Of a DNA stretch of 64,000 bases, positions 28,999 through 37,500 are shown one piece after another. Every line of letters starts with the position of its first letter. The stretch's first letter is position 1. A program made the translations under genes and the position numbers. Source of the stretch: Candidatus Bathyarchaeota archaeon (GTDB lineage: Archaea; Thermoproteota; Bathyarchaeia; Bathyarchaeales; Bathycorpusculaceae); assembly GCA_026014465.1 (NCBI GenBank), contig JAOZID010000010.1, positions 838,303 to 902,302 of the forward strand, in the 5' to 3' direction. The notes under the pieces are model-generated. The model made no database searches. It saw nothing but the letters and a program-made list of their open reading frames with translations, and was not told the DNA's origin.

Positions 28999-29937
28999 TT
29001 ATTTTCCTCCTTTTACTAGTTTGAGATAAGCCTCTTCAAGCGCTGATGATGCCGGTTTGAAGCTGACTAACCCAATTTTCAAAGCGAAAATATCGGCGAG
29101 AACTCGTTCCTGCACGTCAATTCCGCCCGCAAAATGAACCAACAGCGTATTCTCATCTTTTTCGTCAGCCGACTCTACGCCCGAAATTGAAGTGACCTTG
29201 CTCATTATTCCAGGTGTGATTGAGTGGCGTATGCCTACTTCGACGATGTTTTCTCCGTTAGATGCCTTTGCTGTTACGTTAGCAAGTGTGTCATGGACGA
29301 TCAGTTTACCTTGATCAACCATTGCAACTTCATCGCAGACATCTGCGACTTCACTGAGAATGTGTGAGCTCATGAAAATCAGTCTTTGATGGTTTTTTAG
29401 GGACTTTATTATATCTCTGACTTCGCTCATTCCCCGTGGATCCAGCCCTGAGGTGGGTTCGTCTAGCAGAATTATACAAGGGTCGCTTAGAAGCGCTGAG
29501 GCTATGCATATTCTCTGTTTCATGCCCTTGGAGAACTTGTTGACTCTTTTGTCAATCCAGTCTTCCATTTTAACTTCTGAGATTGAATATTCTATTCTGC
29601 TCTGTTGCTCAGAACTTGGCACTCCTCGGATTTCAGCAATCATTTTTAGTGCTTCTCTTGCGGTTAGTGAGGAGTAGATTTCTGGGGTTTCAATTAATGC
29701 GCCGACAGATGCGAGTGCTTTCTCTTTCTGTTTGTGCACGTCAACTCCGTTTATGAGAGCTTTTCCCGAAGAAGGCGTGATTAGGTCGGTAAACATTTTG
29801 AGGGTTGTTGTTTTTCCCGCGCCGTTAGGGCCAAGAAAACCGACGCATTTTGCGCCTTCCGCTTTGAGATTTAGGTTTGAAACAGCAGTAAAAGAACCGT
29901 ACTGTTTCGATAGGTTTACTGCTTCAATTGATGGCAT
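28999..29937 (-). CDS. ABC transporter ATP-binding protein (ABC-2 subfamily)
   Basis: Walker A GPNGAGKTT, signature FSKGMKQRICIA, Walker B IILLDEPTSGLD. Confidence 0.9.
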   Translation of the reverse strand: MPSIEAVNLSKQYGSFTAVSNLNLKAEGAKCVGFLGPNGAGKTTTLKMFTDLITPSSGKALINGVDVHKQKEKALASVGALIETPEIYSSLTAREALKMIAEIRGVPSSEQQSRIEYSISEVKMEDWIDKRVNKFSKGMKQRICIASALLSDPCIILLDEPTSGLDPRGMSEVRDIIKSLKNHQRLIFMSSHILSEVADVCDEVAMVDQGKLIVHDTLANVTAKASNGENIVEVGIRHSITPGIMSKVTSISGVESADEKDENTLLVHFAGGIDVQERVLADIFALKIGLVSFKPASSALEEAYLKLVKGGK

Positions 29938-29985
29938 TTTGATTCACCTTTATCTCAGTCCATTAGCGGAGACACTTAAAAGGCG

Positions 29986-30003
29986 GACTCATTCCGAGGG
30001 AGT
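29986..30003 (-). promoter_or_regulatory. palindromic box copy c (minus strand reads ACTCCCTCGGAATGAGTC)
   Basis: 49 nt upstream of the ABC ATPase ATG (29937). A/T-rich elements on both sides (cttaatta / ttaaaagg). Confidence 0.6.
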
Positions 30004-30032
30004 AATTAAGAAACAACGGAAAAAAAGATAGT

Positions 30033-30329
30033 TTAAGTTTTTATGCCTAATCTTGGGAATTTGAGTTGCCCCACATACTTCATTATCCACTGCACAAAGT
30101 CGTCGTATGCTTGAGCGCCTTCTTTTGTTAAAACGACCAAGCCGTTTTCGTCAATTGTGATGAAGCCCTTCTCAGACATCCAGCCTAAATACTTAATCAG
30201 TTTATCATATGCTAGACCCGTTGTAGTGGCGAGGGCTGTTTTATTCATCCTGTTTTTCTCTTTCAGCGCCTTGATTATTCGGGCGATGACGTAGAGGTCA
30301 GGTTTAGAACTCGGCTCTCCTGAGTTCAT
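30033..30329 (-). CDS. winged-helix DNA-binding protein
   Basis: 98 aa; NKTALATTTGLAYDKLIKYLGWMSEKGFITIDENGLVVLTKEG is a wHTH recognition helix plus wing. Confidence 0.6.
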   Translation of the reverse strand: MNSGEPSSKPDLYVIARIIKALKEKNRMNKTALATTTGLAYDKLIKYLGWMSEKGFITIDENGLVVLTKEGAQAYDDFVQWIMKYVGQLKFPRLGIKT

Positions 30330-30999
30330 TGCTAAACCACCGTAACTCCCAAAGAAGATTATCTAATGCCCTAATCTGATTATAACGCCTCGAAAGGTCG
30401 TTTCTTAGCAGTAAGAAGACTACCAGCAGCGAAACTAGGCCTAACAAAGGACCACCGATTACATCTATTCGGTGAAATAGGGTAAATGTGATAAAATTCT
30501 CTGCTATACCTATCGCAAAGAATGTTATTACCCAGTAGGCGACAGCTTTAAGCAACCCATATACGGCATAGCTTAGTCGTCCTCTCGAAATTTTGTCAAA
30601 TGTTTCGTCCCAATCCAAATCCAGCAAGATTTCTAGTGCTGAGGGAAAGCCCTGAGAGAGCGCTTCTTTCCAGTCACCTGTTCGGACTGAATCGACATTT
30701 TTTCTAACTACCAATACGCCTATTGCAACGCCCGTAATGGGGATAAAAAGTGACAGAACAGATATTATGATGATGTGAGGTTTGTCAAGGGGTATAGCTA
30801 AGTTTAGGAAGCCTATTGACGCGCCTACTGCTAGGAAAACTATGATCGAACTGATAACAATCAGGGCGAATTTCTTTAGAGAACTGGAGAGCGCGTTGTA
30901 TTTTTTGACTTGGTCAAGAGTTTCCATTAACTCAGAGACTTTCGAAACTACGCTTTCCTCTGTTAATCCTGAGTTGGTTCCAACTTTTTTCTCTGACAT
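30304..30999 (-). CDS. integral membrane protein, unknown function
   Basis: 231 aa, ~5 TM segments. Overlaps the downstream wHTH gene by 26 nt (operon). Confidence 0.6.
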   Translation of the reverse strand: MSEKKVGTNSGLTEESVVSKVSELMETLDQVKKYNALSSSLKKFALIVISSIIVFLAVGASIGFLNLAIPLDKPHIIIISVLSLFIPITGVAIGVLVVRKNVDSVRTGDWKEALSQGFPSALEILLDLDWDETFDKISRGRLSYAVYGLLKAVAYWVITFFAIGIAENFITFTLFHRIDVIGGPLLGLVSLLVVFLLLRNDLSRRYNQIRALDNLLWELRWFSNELRRAEF

Positions 31000-31074
31000 G
31001 TTATTACCGCCTAAACTCGTAATGAAGGCTTAAGAGTCAAAACATTTACGTTGACTCCAAGTGAATATAAACTA

Positions 31075-31092
31075 AACTCCCCCTGAATGAGT
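31075..31092 (+). promoter_or_regulatory. palindromic box copy d (AACTCCCCCTGAATGAGT)
   Basis: aatataaac 2 nt upstream on plus strand. Lies in the intergenic region upstream of minus-strand gene 30304..30999. Confidence 0.55.
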
Positions 31093-31159
31093 TGACAGTG
31101 GAAATCTATCTATTGGTTAGGTCCTTTGCTTATTTTGTATTTGGAAGGTTCTTGCTTCC

Positions 31160-31741
31160 TCAATATGCTTTATATAAGAGCGTTGGTGGCGTATAGCCGT
31201 TTGGTTGATTGTGCAGCGAGTAATGTCGAGGTTTCATACTGAAGAAGCCAAGGGCGGCAAATATCCATGCAATCAATATCAGCAGTAATCCGACTAATAG
31301 TATGGAGAATACGGAACCCCACCAGAGCAAAGTGCCTGCAGTTTTAAACAATGTGTCTCCAGACTTCTCAGCAAGTGCATTGAATGTTTTCCTCAGATAA
31401 GTTGTAGCAAGCACGAAGAACACAAAACCCGTTATGAGACCTCCGATAAGAATGATTAATCCAATTTCAAAGCCTATGGTGAACTCGAAGGTTGCTCCTG
31501 CAAATAGACCTGCGGAGGCAAAACTAACCAGCATTGCTGCAATGGCTGCTCCAACTGCAATTAAAGCGACTGAATAGTATTTGAGGCCCATCCGAGTATT
31601 TTTGTGGATGCCTTCGTCTTGATAATAGTTTGAGAATTCTTTTGTTGCTTGAAGGAGTAGAACTATGCCTATTACGCCTAAGCCCCAGCCGACGAATGGA
31701 ATTAAGCCGAGCAAAAGCAATATTGTAGCTTCGATTGCCAC
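31160..31741 (-). CDS. integral membrane protein (DUF996-like by recollection)
   Basis: 193 aa, 4-5 TM segments; GLIPFVGWGLGVIGIVLLLQATKEFSNYY N-terminus. Confidence 0.55.
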   Translation of the reverse strand: MAIEATILLLLGLIPFVGWGLGVIGIVLLLQATKEFSNYYQDEGIHKNTRMGLKYYSVALIAVGAAIAAMLVSFASAGLFAGATFEFTIGFEIGLIILIGGLITGFVFFVLATTYLRKTFNALAEKSGDTLFKTAGTLLWWGSVFSILLVGLLLILIAWIFAALGFFSMKPRHYSLHNQPNGYTPPTLLYKAY

Positions 31742-31846
31742 GGTTTTGCTGCATTGAAAGTTAACGTTTATTCTCCTCTACCCCCTTTTCGATTAACCAG
31801 AGTTTAGGCGTCTAGCATCAGGTGGATTTTAAGCACTTATAAACTG

Positions 31847-31864
31847 AACTCCCTCCGAATGAGT
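31847..31864 (+). promoter_or_regulatory. palindromic box copy e (AACTCCCTCCGAATGAGT)
   Basis: cttataaac 2 nt upstream. Sits between divergent genes 31160..31741 (-) and the MscS gene (+). Confidence 0.6.
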
Positions 31865-32126
31865 CAGCTTTTTACCTCTTTACCAGATTTTTGGCAAGGT
31901 ATTCGATTTAAAAAATTGAAGCGAGAGATGTAATACGGCTACCCTTTCAGAAACTCTTCAGCAAATACTCAATACAAATGCTGCTAACGCTGAAATCTTA
32001 GCGTCCATTATCCTATTCGTTACTATTGCTGTTGTAGGATGGGGCACTTACCTTGTTTTTAGCAGGTACTTTTCTAGATGGGCAAAGAAGACTGAGACCA
32101 CAATAGACGATGACATACTCGTCGCC

Positions 32127-33020
32127 GTGAGAACAATAATAGTAATAATGATAGTGATACTGGGAATAGAGTATGCCCTCCAACCGCTATCATTCTTACA
32201 ACCATACAGGGATACCTTAAACGAATTGTTCACGGTACTCCAAATCTTACTAGGCGCATTTGCCTTAACCAGAGTCTCAAACATACTAGCGGACTGGTAT
32301 GCTGACCGAAATAAACTCATAGCTGGGAAAAGCAGCAAGCATATTTTGTTTATTCTCAAAAAAGCTGTTCAAGCAGTGATTTTCATCTTTGCTTTTCTTA
32401 TCATACTATCTGTCTTCAACATTGACCTCAGCGGCGCAATCGTGGGCTTGGGCGTCGGAGGCATCGCCATCGCGTTTGCCCTACAAACGGTACTAAGTGA
32501 GTTCTTCAGCACTTTCTCCATTTATTTTGACCGCCCCTTTGAGATTGGAGACTTTATCGTGGTAGGCGATTATAGTGGTACTGTAAAAAACATCGGCATC
32601 CGGTCAACCAGGCTCCAACTCCTACAAGGTGAAGAACTCGTTATATCTAACAAGGAGCTAACGGAGCATAGCGTACGGAACTTTAGGAAGCTAGAGAAGA
32701 GGCGTGTAACCTTCAACTTGGGCGTGACATATGACACGTCATCGGAGAAACTGCGAAAAATCCCGCTTATCATAAAAGAAATCTTCGACAAGATTGAGTT
32801 CGCCGAATTAGATAGGGTTAACTTTACCGAGTTCGCCGATTACAGTCTAAAGTATCTTGTTATCTATTATGTGAACTCATCTGATTACGGCACATACTTG
32901 GATACGCAGGAGAAAATAAACTTGGCAATTAAGGAAGCGTTTGAATGTGAAGGAATAGAAATGGCATTCCCAACAAGCACAGTCTACATCAACAAGTCAG
33001 TTGATTTCAAGCCAAATTAA
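32127..33020 (+). CDS. MscS-family mechanosensitive channel (N-terminus probably longer, see findings)
   Basis: Pore-helix block GAIVGLGVGGIAIAFALQ, followed by FDRPFEIGDFIVVGDYSGTVKNIGIRSTRL beta-domain. Confidence 0.88.
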   Translation: MRTIIVIMIVILGIEYALQPLSFLQPYRDTLNELFTVLQILLGAFALTRVSNILADWYADRNKLIAGKSSKHILFILKKAVQAVIFIFAFLIILSVFNIDLSGAIVGLGVGGIAIAFALQTVLSEFFSTFSIYFDRPFEIGDFIVVGDYSGTVKNIGIRSTRLQLLQGEELVISNKELTEHSVRNFRKLEKRRVTFNLGVTYDTSSEKLRKIPLIIKEIFDKIEFAELDRVNFTEFADYSLKYLVIYYVNSSDYGTYLDTQEKINLAIKEAFECEGIEMAFPTSTVYINKSVDFKPN

Positions 33021-33135
33021 CTATTGACTAAAGAAACTTGCGTGTTATTTGTCGTCAAATGTTAACGTTAAAATTGTTAAGAAAAGGCTTAGGCATCAGG
33101 ATATTTCAAAGTTAATCTTTAGCGGATATAAATTG

Positions 33136-33153
33136 AACTCCCTCGGAATGAGG
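33136..33153 (+). promoter_or_regulatory. palindromic box copy f (AACTCCCTCGGAATGAGG)
   Basis: gatataaat 2 nt upstream; ~110 nt upstream of the ABC ATPase start 33263. Confidence 0.65.
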
Positions 33154-33262
33154 TACAAACAAAAATACGAAATAATACCAGTCTATGCAGTGGTTGCCCG
33201 CTTGAAGAGGGGCATGCCAAAAATCTAAATGCGGTAAACTCTAATGATTAGAGGGGTTAAAC

Positions 33263-34057
33263 TTGCTCAAAACTAACGCTATTGTGTCTGGTTCTTTAGC
33301 ATTAAAATTGACGGGTGTTTCTAAACGCTACAGTGATGTGACAGCAGTAAATAGTCTTACCTTAGAGGTAAGAAAAGGTGAAGTTATCGGTCTTTTAGGC
33401 CCCAACGGTTCAGGCAAATCAACGCTCATTAAAATGATGCTGGGCTTAGTCAAGCCTGACAGCGGAACCATAAACGTTTTAGACCTTCCCCTGCAGCAGA
33501 ATTCTATCGGAGTAAAAAAGAGAGTGGGCTACGTGCCTGAAGATGCTGGCGCTTACGAGTTTTTGACTGGGCTTGAGTTCCTTGACTTTGCTGGCGACGT
33601 TTTTGGGATGGATTTGGGGGAGAAGAAAAAACGGATCGAAGAGTTCCTCAAGGCGCTGAGTTTAGAGGGCAGGGAAGGTGACATGATAAGTGGTTATTCG
33701 GAGGGTATGAAAAAGAAAATTCTAATTATATCAGCGCTCATGCACAAACCCGAACTGCTGCTCTTAGATGAACCGCTAAATACTCTTGATCCAAAGTCAG
33801 CTAAAATCGTCAAGGACCTGCTGCACCAATTAGCCCAGCAGAATGTAACCACCGTTATATCGACTCATGTGTTGGAGATTGCCCAAGCTATATGCAGCCG
33901 CATAGCCATAATGTATGAAGGAAAGTTAATTGCAGTTGGGACGATGGATGAGTTGAGGCAGCAGGCAAAAATGCCCAATTCAGCCTTAGAAGACATTTTC
34001 CTCAAGCTTACTGGAACAGATGATGTCCAACCCATTGTTGAGGCACTCTCGAAATGA
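33263..34057 (+). CDS. ABC transporter ATP-binding protein
   Basis: Walker A GPNGSGKST, signature YSEGMKKKILII, Walker B LLLLDEPLNTLD. Confidence 0.9.
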   Translation: MLKTNAIVSGSLALKLTGVSKRYSDVTAVNSLTLEVRKGEVIGLLGPNGSGKSTLIKMMLGLVKPDSGTINVLDLPLQQNSIGVKKRVGYVPEDAGAYEFLTGLEFLDFAGDVFGMDLGEKKKRIEEFLKALSLEGREGDMISGYSEGMKKKILIISALMHKPELLLLDEPLNTLDPKSAKIVKDLLHQLAQQNVTTVISTHVLEIAQAICSRIAIMYEGKLIAVGTMDELRQQAKMPNSALEDIFLKLTGTDDVQPIVEALSK

Positions 34058-35748
34058 ACTGGAAAACCGTCCTACTGCTTATAAGTGTAAATCGGAAAGC
34101 TAAACGAACAATTCAAGAATCCAAGCTTAGAAGATACCAAGAGAACAAACTATTCACCTACGGCATGTATTTGCTGGCTTGTTTGATAGGCATAATAGCG
34201 GGAGGATTAATCGGCAACTTTTACTCAGCATCCAGCCAGACAATGCAAAGCGCTGTTTTAGATGGCGCAAAATACTTCTTAGTAACTATCCCGACCATTG
34301 TTCTGCTCTACGGAGTAGTCTTTACTCAGATAAATCAGGTACAACGCATGGGCGCTAAAGTTTCAGTTCAGCCCATGTACTGGTTTCCCATCTCTTGGAA
34401 AGAACACACCTTAGCATCCATAATATCGAGCCTGCTTGGCTTACCCTTAGCAATCACAATTTTAATCAGTTCAGCCGTTTTGACGGTGTCTGTTTTTATG
34501 GGGATAATCCCCATTGCAATCCTCACCGTATTGGCATTATCGGCAAGCCTGCTCTTAGCCAGCGCAACAACCGAGGTCTTCAAAACCCTACAGCTCAGGC
34601 TACTTGGCGCAGTAACAAAGGGTGCTGGAAGAAGCGCCATCTGGCTAAGACTCGCCTTCTCCATAGGCGCAATGATTGTATTTTATGCGGTTTACTATTC
34701 GATCATTAATCAAGTAACGCCTACGCTTCTCTTTGAAGCCGTAGCTGGCGGGCAAAGGATGCTTTGGTTTATTCCTTATGTGTGGCCGGGCATGGCGCTC
34801 TCTGCATTCGCCAGCAACCTCTGGATGGAAGCGTTTCTCTTCTCTTTGGCAAGTCTTGGTTTCATAGCCGCTATCTTCTATGTGGCAACATACGTTAACA
34901 CTCGATTTGGACTGTATCAGTTACCCACAATTAGGCTATCAAGCGGCGTCTATATGCCCAAGCAGAGCTTGTTTGCAAAGCTAGGTTTCTCCACTGTTGA
35001 GGCAGCACTTATGAAAAAAGAGTTTAAAACGGTTACTAGACGCCATGAGTTAAGTTTTATCTTTATTTTTCCCATAAGTATGCTTATGCTTGTTTTTTTT
35101 AATGTTCTGAGGGCGCCTCAAACAAGTCCTGTACCAATGGGCGGTTACTCATTTTTGTTTGTTCTAATAACGTTAATTCCAGGGCTTATGATGCTTCCTC
35201 TTTTGGGAACATTGCTGACAACTTTGGAGGGCAATAGTATTTGGTATTTGTTTTCGTCGCCTATTTCTGCCAAGTCGATTGCTAAAGCAAAAATTTTCTT
35301 CCTATCATTCTTTGCCCTATCGATTACTTTGATTTGTTCAGTAATTGGCGGTATTGTGTTTAGACCACCGGCGCTGGTTATAGCCGTGACTTTGCTTGAA
35401 GCGGTGTTCTTGATTTTTTCTCTATCTGCTATTTCAGTTGCCATCGGAATCAAAGCGGCTGAACCAAGAGGTATCTTTGGCGTTAGCAAGATGGTTAAGC
35501 CAAAGTGGGCTCTACTTGGATTTATCCTCTGTGTTGCCATCGGTGCAGCTATTATTGCCCCGATTATTCCCTATGCCTTGAGCATTTTTGCTGTTTCATT
35601 TCTCCCAACCATACTGCAGCTTCCAGAATACTATGTTTATCTTGCATTACTGTTAAGCGGCGTAATCGCAGTTTCTATGACGTACATCTTTCGGGGGGTT
35701 GCAGTGGATAATGCTGAACAGTTGCTTGCTGACCCCGACGCTATTTAA
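34054..35748 (+). CDS. large polytopic ABC transporter permease-like membrane protein
   Basis: 564 aa, >10 hydrophobic segments, 4-nt overlap with the upstream ATPase gene. Confidence 0.7.
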   Translation: MNWKTVLLLISVNRKAKRTIQESKLRRYQENKLFTYGMYLLACLIGIIAGGLIGNFYSASSQTMQSAVLDGAKYFLVTIPTIVLLYGVVFTQINQVQRMGAKVSVQPMYWFPISWKEHTLASIISSLLGLPLAITILISSAVLTVSVFMGIIPIAILTVLALSASLLLASATTEVFKTLQLRLLGAVTKGAGRSAIWLRLAFSIGAMIVFYAVYYSIINQVTPTLLFEAVAGGQRMLWFIPYVWPGMALSAFASNLWMEAFLFSLASLGFIAAIFYVATYVNTRFGLYQLPTIRLSSGVYMPKQSLFAKLGFSTVEAALMKKEFKTVTRRHELSFIFIFPISMLMLVFFNVLRAPQTSPVPMGGYSFLFVLITLIPGLMMLPLLGTLLTTLEGNSIWYLFSSPISAKSIAKAKIFFLSFFALSITLICSVIGGIVFRPPALVIAVTLLEAVFLIFSLSAISVAIGIKAAEPRGIFGVSKMVKPKWALLGFILCVAIGAAIIAPIIPYALSIFAVSFLPTILQLPEYYVYLALLLSGVIAVSMTYIFRGVAVDNAEQLLADPDAI

Positions 35749-35808
35749 GAGCATATCATGCGAGGCTTATCAGCGCAACTCGATAAGGTTCTGATTCCTT
35801 TTTAGTCG

Positions 35809-35826
35809 CACTCCCTCAGAGGGAGC
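35809..35826 (+). promoter_or_regulatory. palindromic box copy g (CACTCCCTCAGAGGGAGC)
   Basis: CTCCCTC-aga-GAGGGAG palindrome between the permease stop and the 35859 ORF. Confidence 0.55.
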
Positions 35827-35858
35827 AACTCTTTAATTTCTAAGTAGATAACAAGCCT

Positions 35859-36137
35859 GTGGGTGTTATGATGTTGTGGACAGGTAAGTTATCTTTGGTT
35901 ATTCTATGCTTAATTTTGCCTGTCTTGATAATACCACTCATCAGCATTCTCTTATTTCCCGAAGCATCTTTAACTACATCCATTCTCGTCGGCGTCGTTT
36001 TTTCTCTGTTTGTCGCCATTGGACTGCGACTTATACAAGGGGCAAAAGCTATTGGAGCACGCTTCATTATCGCCGTAATAATTATCGCTGTTTTGTTTGG
36101 TTTATTAGCGGGAGTTCTCCTCAAACTCTTAAGTTGA
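35859..36137 (+). CDS. small membrane protein
   Basis: 92 aa, three hydrophobic helices. Confidence 0.5.
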   Translation: MGVMMLWTGKLSLVILCLILPVLIIPLISILLFPEASLTTSILVGVVFSLFVAIGLRLIQGAKAIGARFIIAVIIIAVLFGLLAGVLLKLLS

Positions 36138-36243
36138 GTTACTCGATAGGGGCAGAACGCTTGCCTAAAGAGGCTGTGCTTCTGGAGTTTAAGCATGTAA
36201 ACGGTTCTGGCTGACTAACTATTGTCTCAGGAGCGATTAGTTT

Positions 36244-36435
36244 AGAAGAAGAAAAACGGCTAAATTCCTACGGAAACTGTTGTTCTTCTTTCCAAATACC
36301 GATCATCTATTAAATTGATGGAAGAAGAAGACAAAGCCGCACACACATACTTGTCTTCTTCTTTCAATTAATTCCAGCACTTAACAAAAGAACAACAACA
36401 AGCCATTTTTCCAACTGTTGTTGTTCTTCTGTTTT
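36244..36435 (+). repeat. three tandem imperfect hairpins with GAA/GAC-rich 5' arms
   Basis: H1 is 36244-36259/36277-36291, H2 is 36320-36336/36350-36365, H3 is 36381-36402/36415-36435. Each has a 14-20 bp stem, loops of 12-17 nt, and H2 and H3 share a single-A bulge next to the loop. Confidence 0.7.
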
Positions 36436-36549
36436 CATTTCTTTTAGGGCGTAGTGGCGATTGTAACGGTTGGGACTTACTACTTCTTAATTGGAGCCAT
36501 TTCATATTATTAAAATATTTAAATAGGTTTTTAATTATATGAAATTACC

Positions 36550-37500
36550 ATGAGACATTTGGACCCAGAATACGCTTTCAGTCATGCAGAGTTGCAGTTG
36601 CTTAGAGAAATCGCTAATAGAAAGCAGTCTCTGCCGCAAATCAGGCGGTCACTTTCAATTAAGCCATCTCTTCTTTCTCACAATTTAAACAAGCTGAAGC
36701 GTAAAGGGCTAGTCCAAACAACCGAGCAAGGAAATAGGAAATACGCATGCTTCAATGAGGCAAAACATGCTTCTCTGCTTAGAGATTTACTGGTTGCTTA
36801 TGATTATGTGGATTGGGAAAACGTCCTGTCTGGAAAAGCAATCGAAATCCTCTTCCAAGCACTCACTGACAAAGAGAGCAAATTGTCGGGTTTTTCAGGT
36901 GCTACGCTTTGGCGCTATCTCAAAGAACTAAAAGCAAGAGGCATAATCACCCAAACCCAAAAAAGCTACCAAATTAACCCGCAATTCCCAGTCCTTATAG
37001 AATTCCTAAAGGAATACCAACAGTATTTTGCCAACAAAATTTCCAAAACCCTCTCAGAAAACGCGGTAATTCTATGGCAGCACGGCATGGACTTTCTAGT
37101 CAGAGCGCCCAAAACTGCAAAGCTGCCCTCAGACAATTTCTACAAAACTGTGACGTCCATTTTTGTCCAGTATGGTCTTCCGCTTTTCTCTGACTTTGAC
37201 ATTTACTTTTACTCAACAAGCAAGAAGGCAATCAAGCCTGAAGATGCTATACTGCACACGCTCCTTGTGGAGCCGGGCAATGTGCGATACATAACTTACG
37301 CTCTTTTGCTGTTTAAAAAAACCGAAAAGCAAATTGACAAAACATACCTGCTGCAGGAAGCGGAAAGGTTGGGGCTTAAGACGCAGGTAATGGGTATGTT
37401 GCAATTTTTAGAAACGCATGAGCCGCAAGAGGGGCAACAGTTGCCAATGTGGGGCGAATTTGTTGAAAAAGCAAGCGGCTATGGAGTGTCTGTTGATTGA
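36550..37500 (+). CDS. double winged-helix protein with C-terminal domain (AbiEi-antitoxin-like architecture)
   Basis: Two wHTH units (SLSIKPSLLSHNLNKLKRKGLV and GATLWRYLKELKARGII). Stop overlaps TTG of the next gene (TTGA). Confidence 0.6.
   Translation: MRHLDPEYAFSHAELQLLREIANRKQSLPQIRRSLSIKPSLLSHNLNKLKRKGLVQTTEQGNRKYACFNEAKHASLLRDLLVAYDYVDWENVLSGKAIEILFQALTDKESKLSGFSGATLWRYLKELKARGIITQTQKSYQINPQFPVLIEFLKEYQQYFANKISKTLSENAVILWQHGMDFLVRAPKTAKLPSDNFYKTVTSIFVQYGLPLFSDFDIYFYSTSKKAIKPEDAILHTLLVEPGNVRYITYALLLFKKTEKQIDKTYLLQEAERLGLKTQVMGMLQFLETHEPQEGQQLPMWGEFVEKASGYGVSVD

Noticed and set aside
36244-36435. Possible CRISPR array
   Set aside because: The units are inverted repeats (hairpins), not identical direct repeats separated by unique spacers. 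No cas genes are in the window. No other CRISPR-like periodicity was seen anywhere in the 64 kb.
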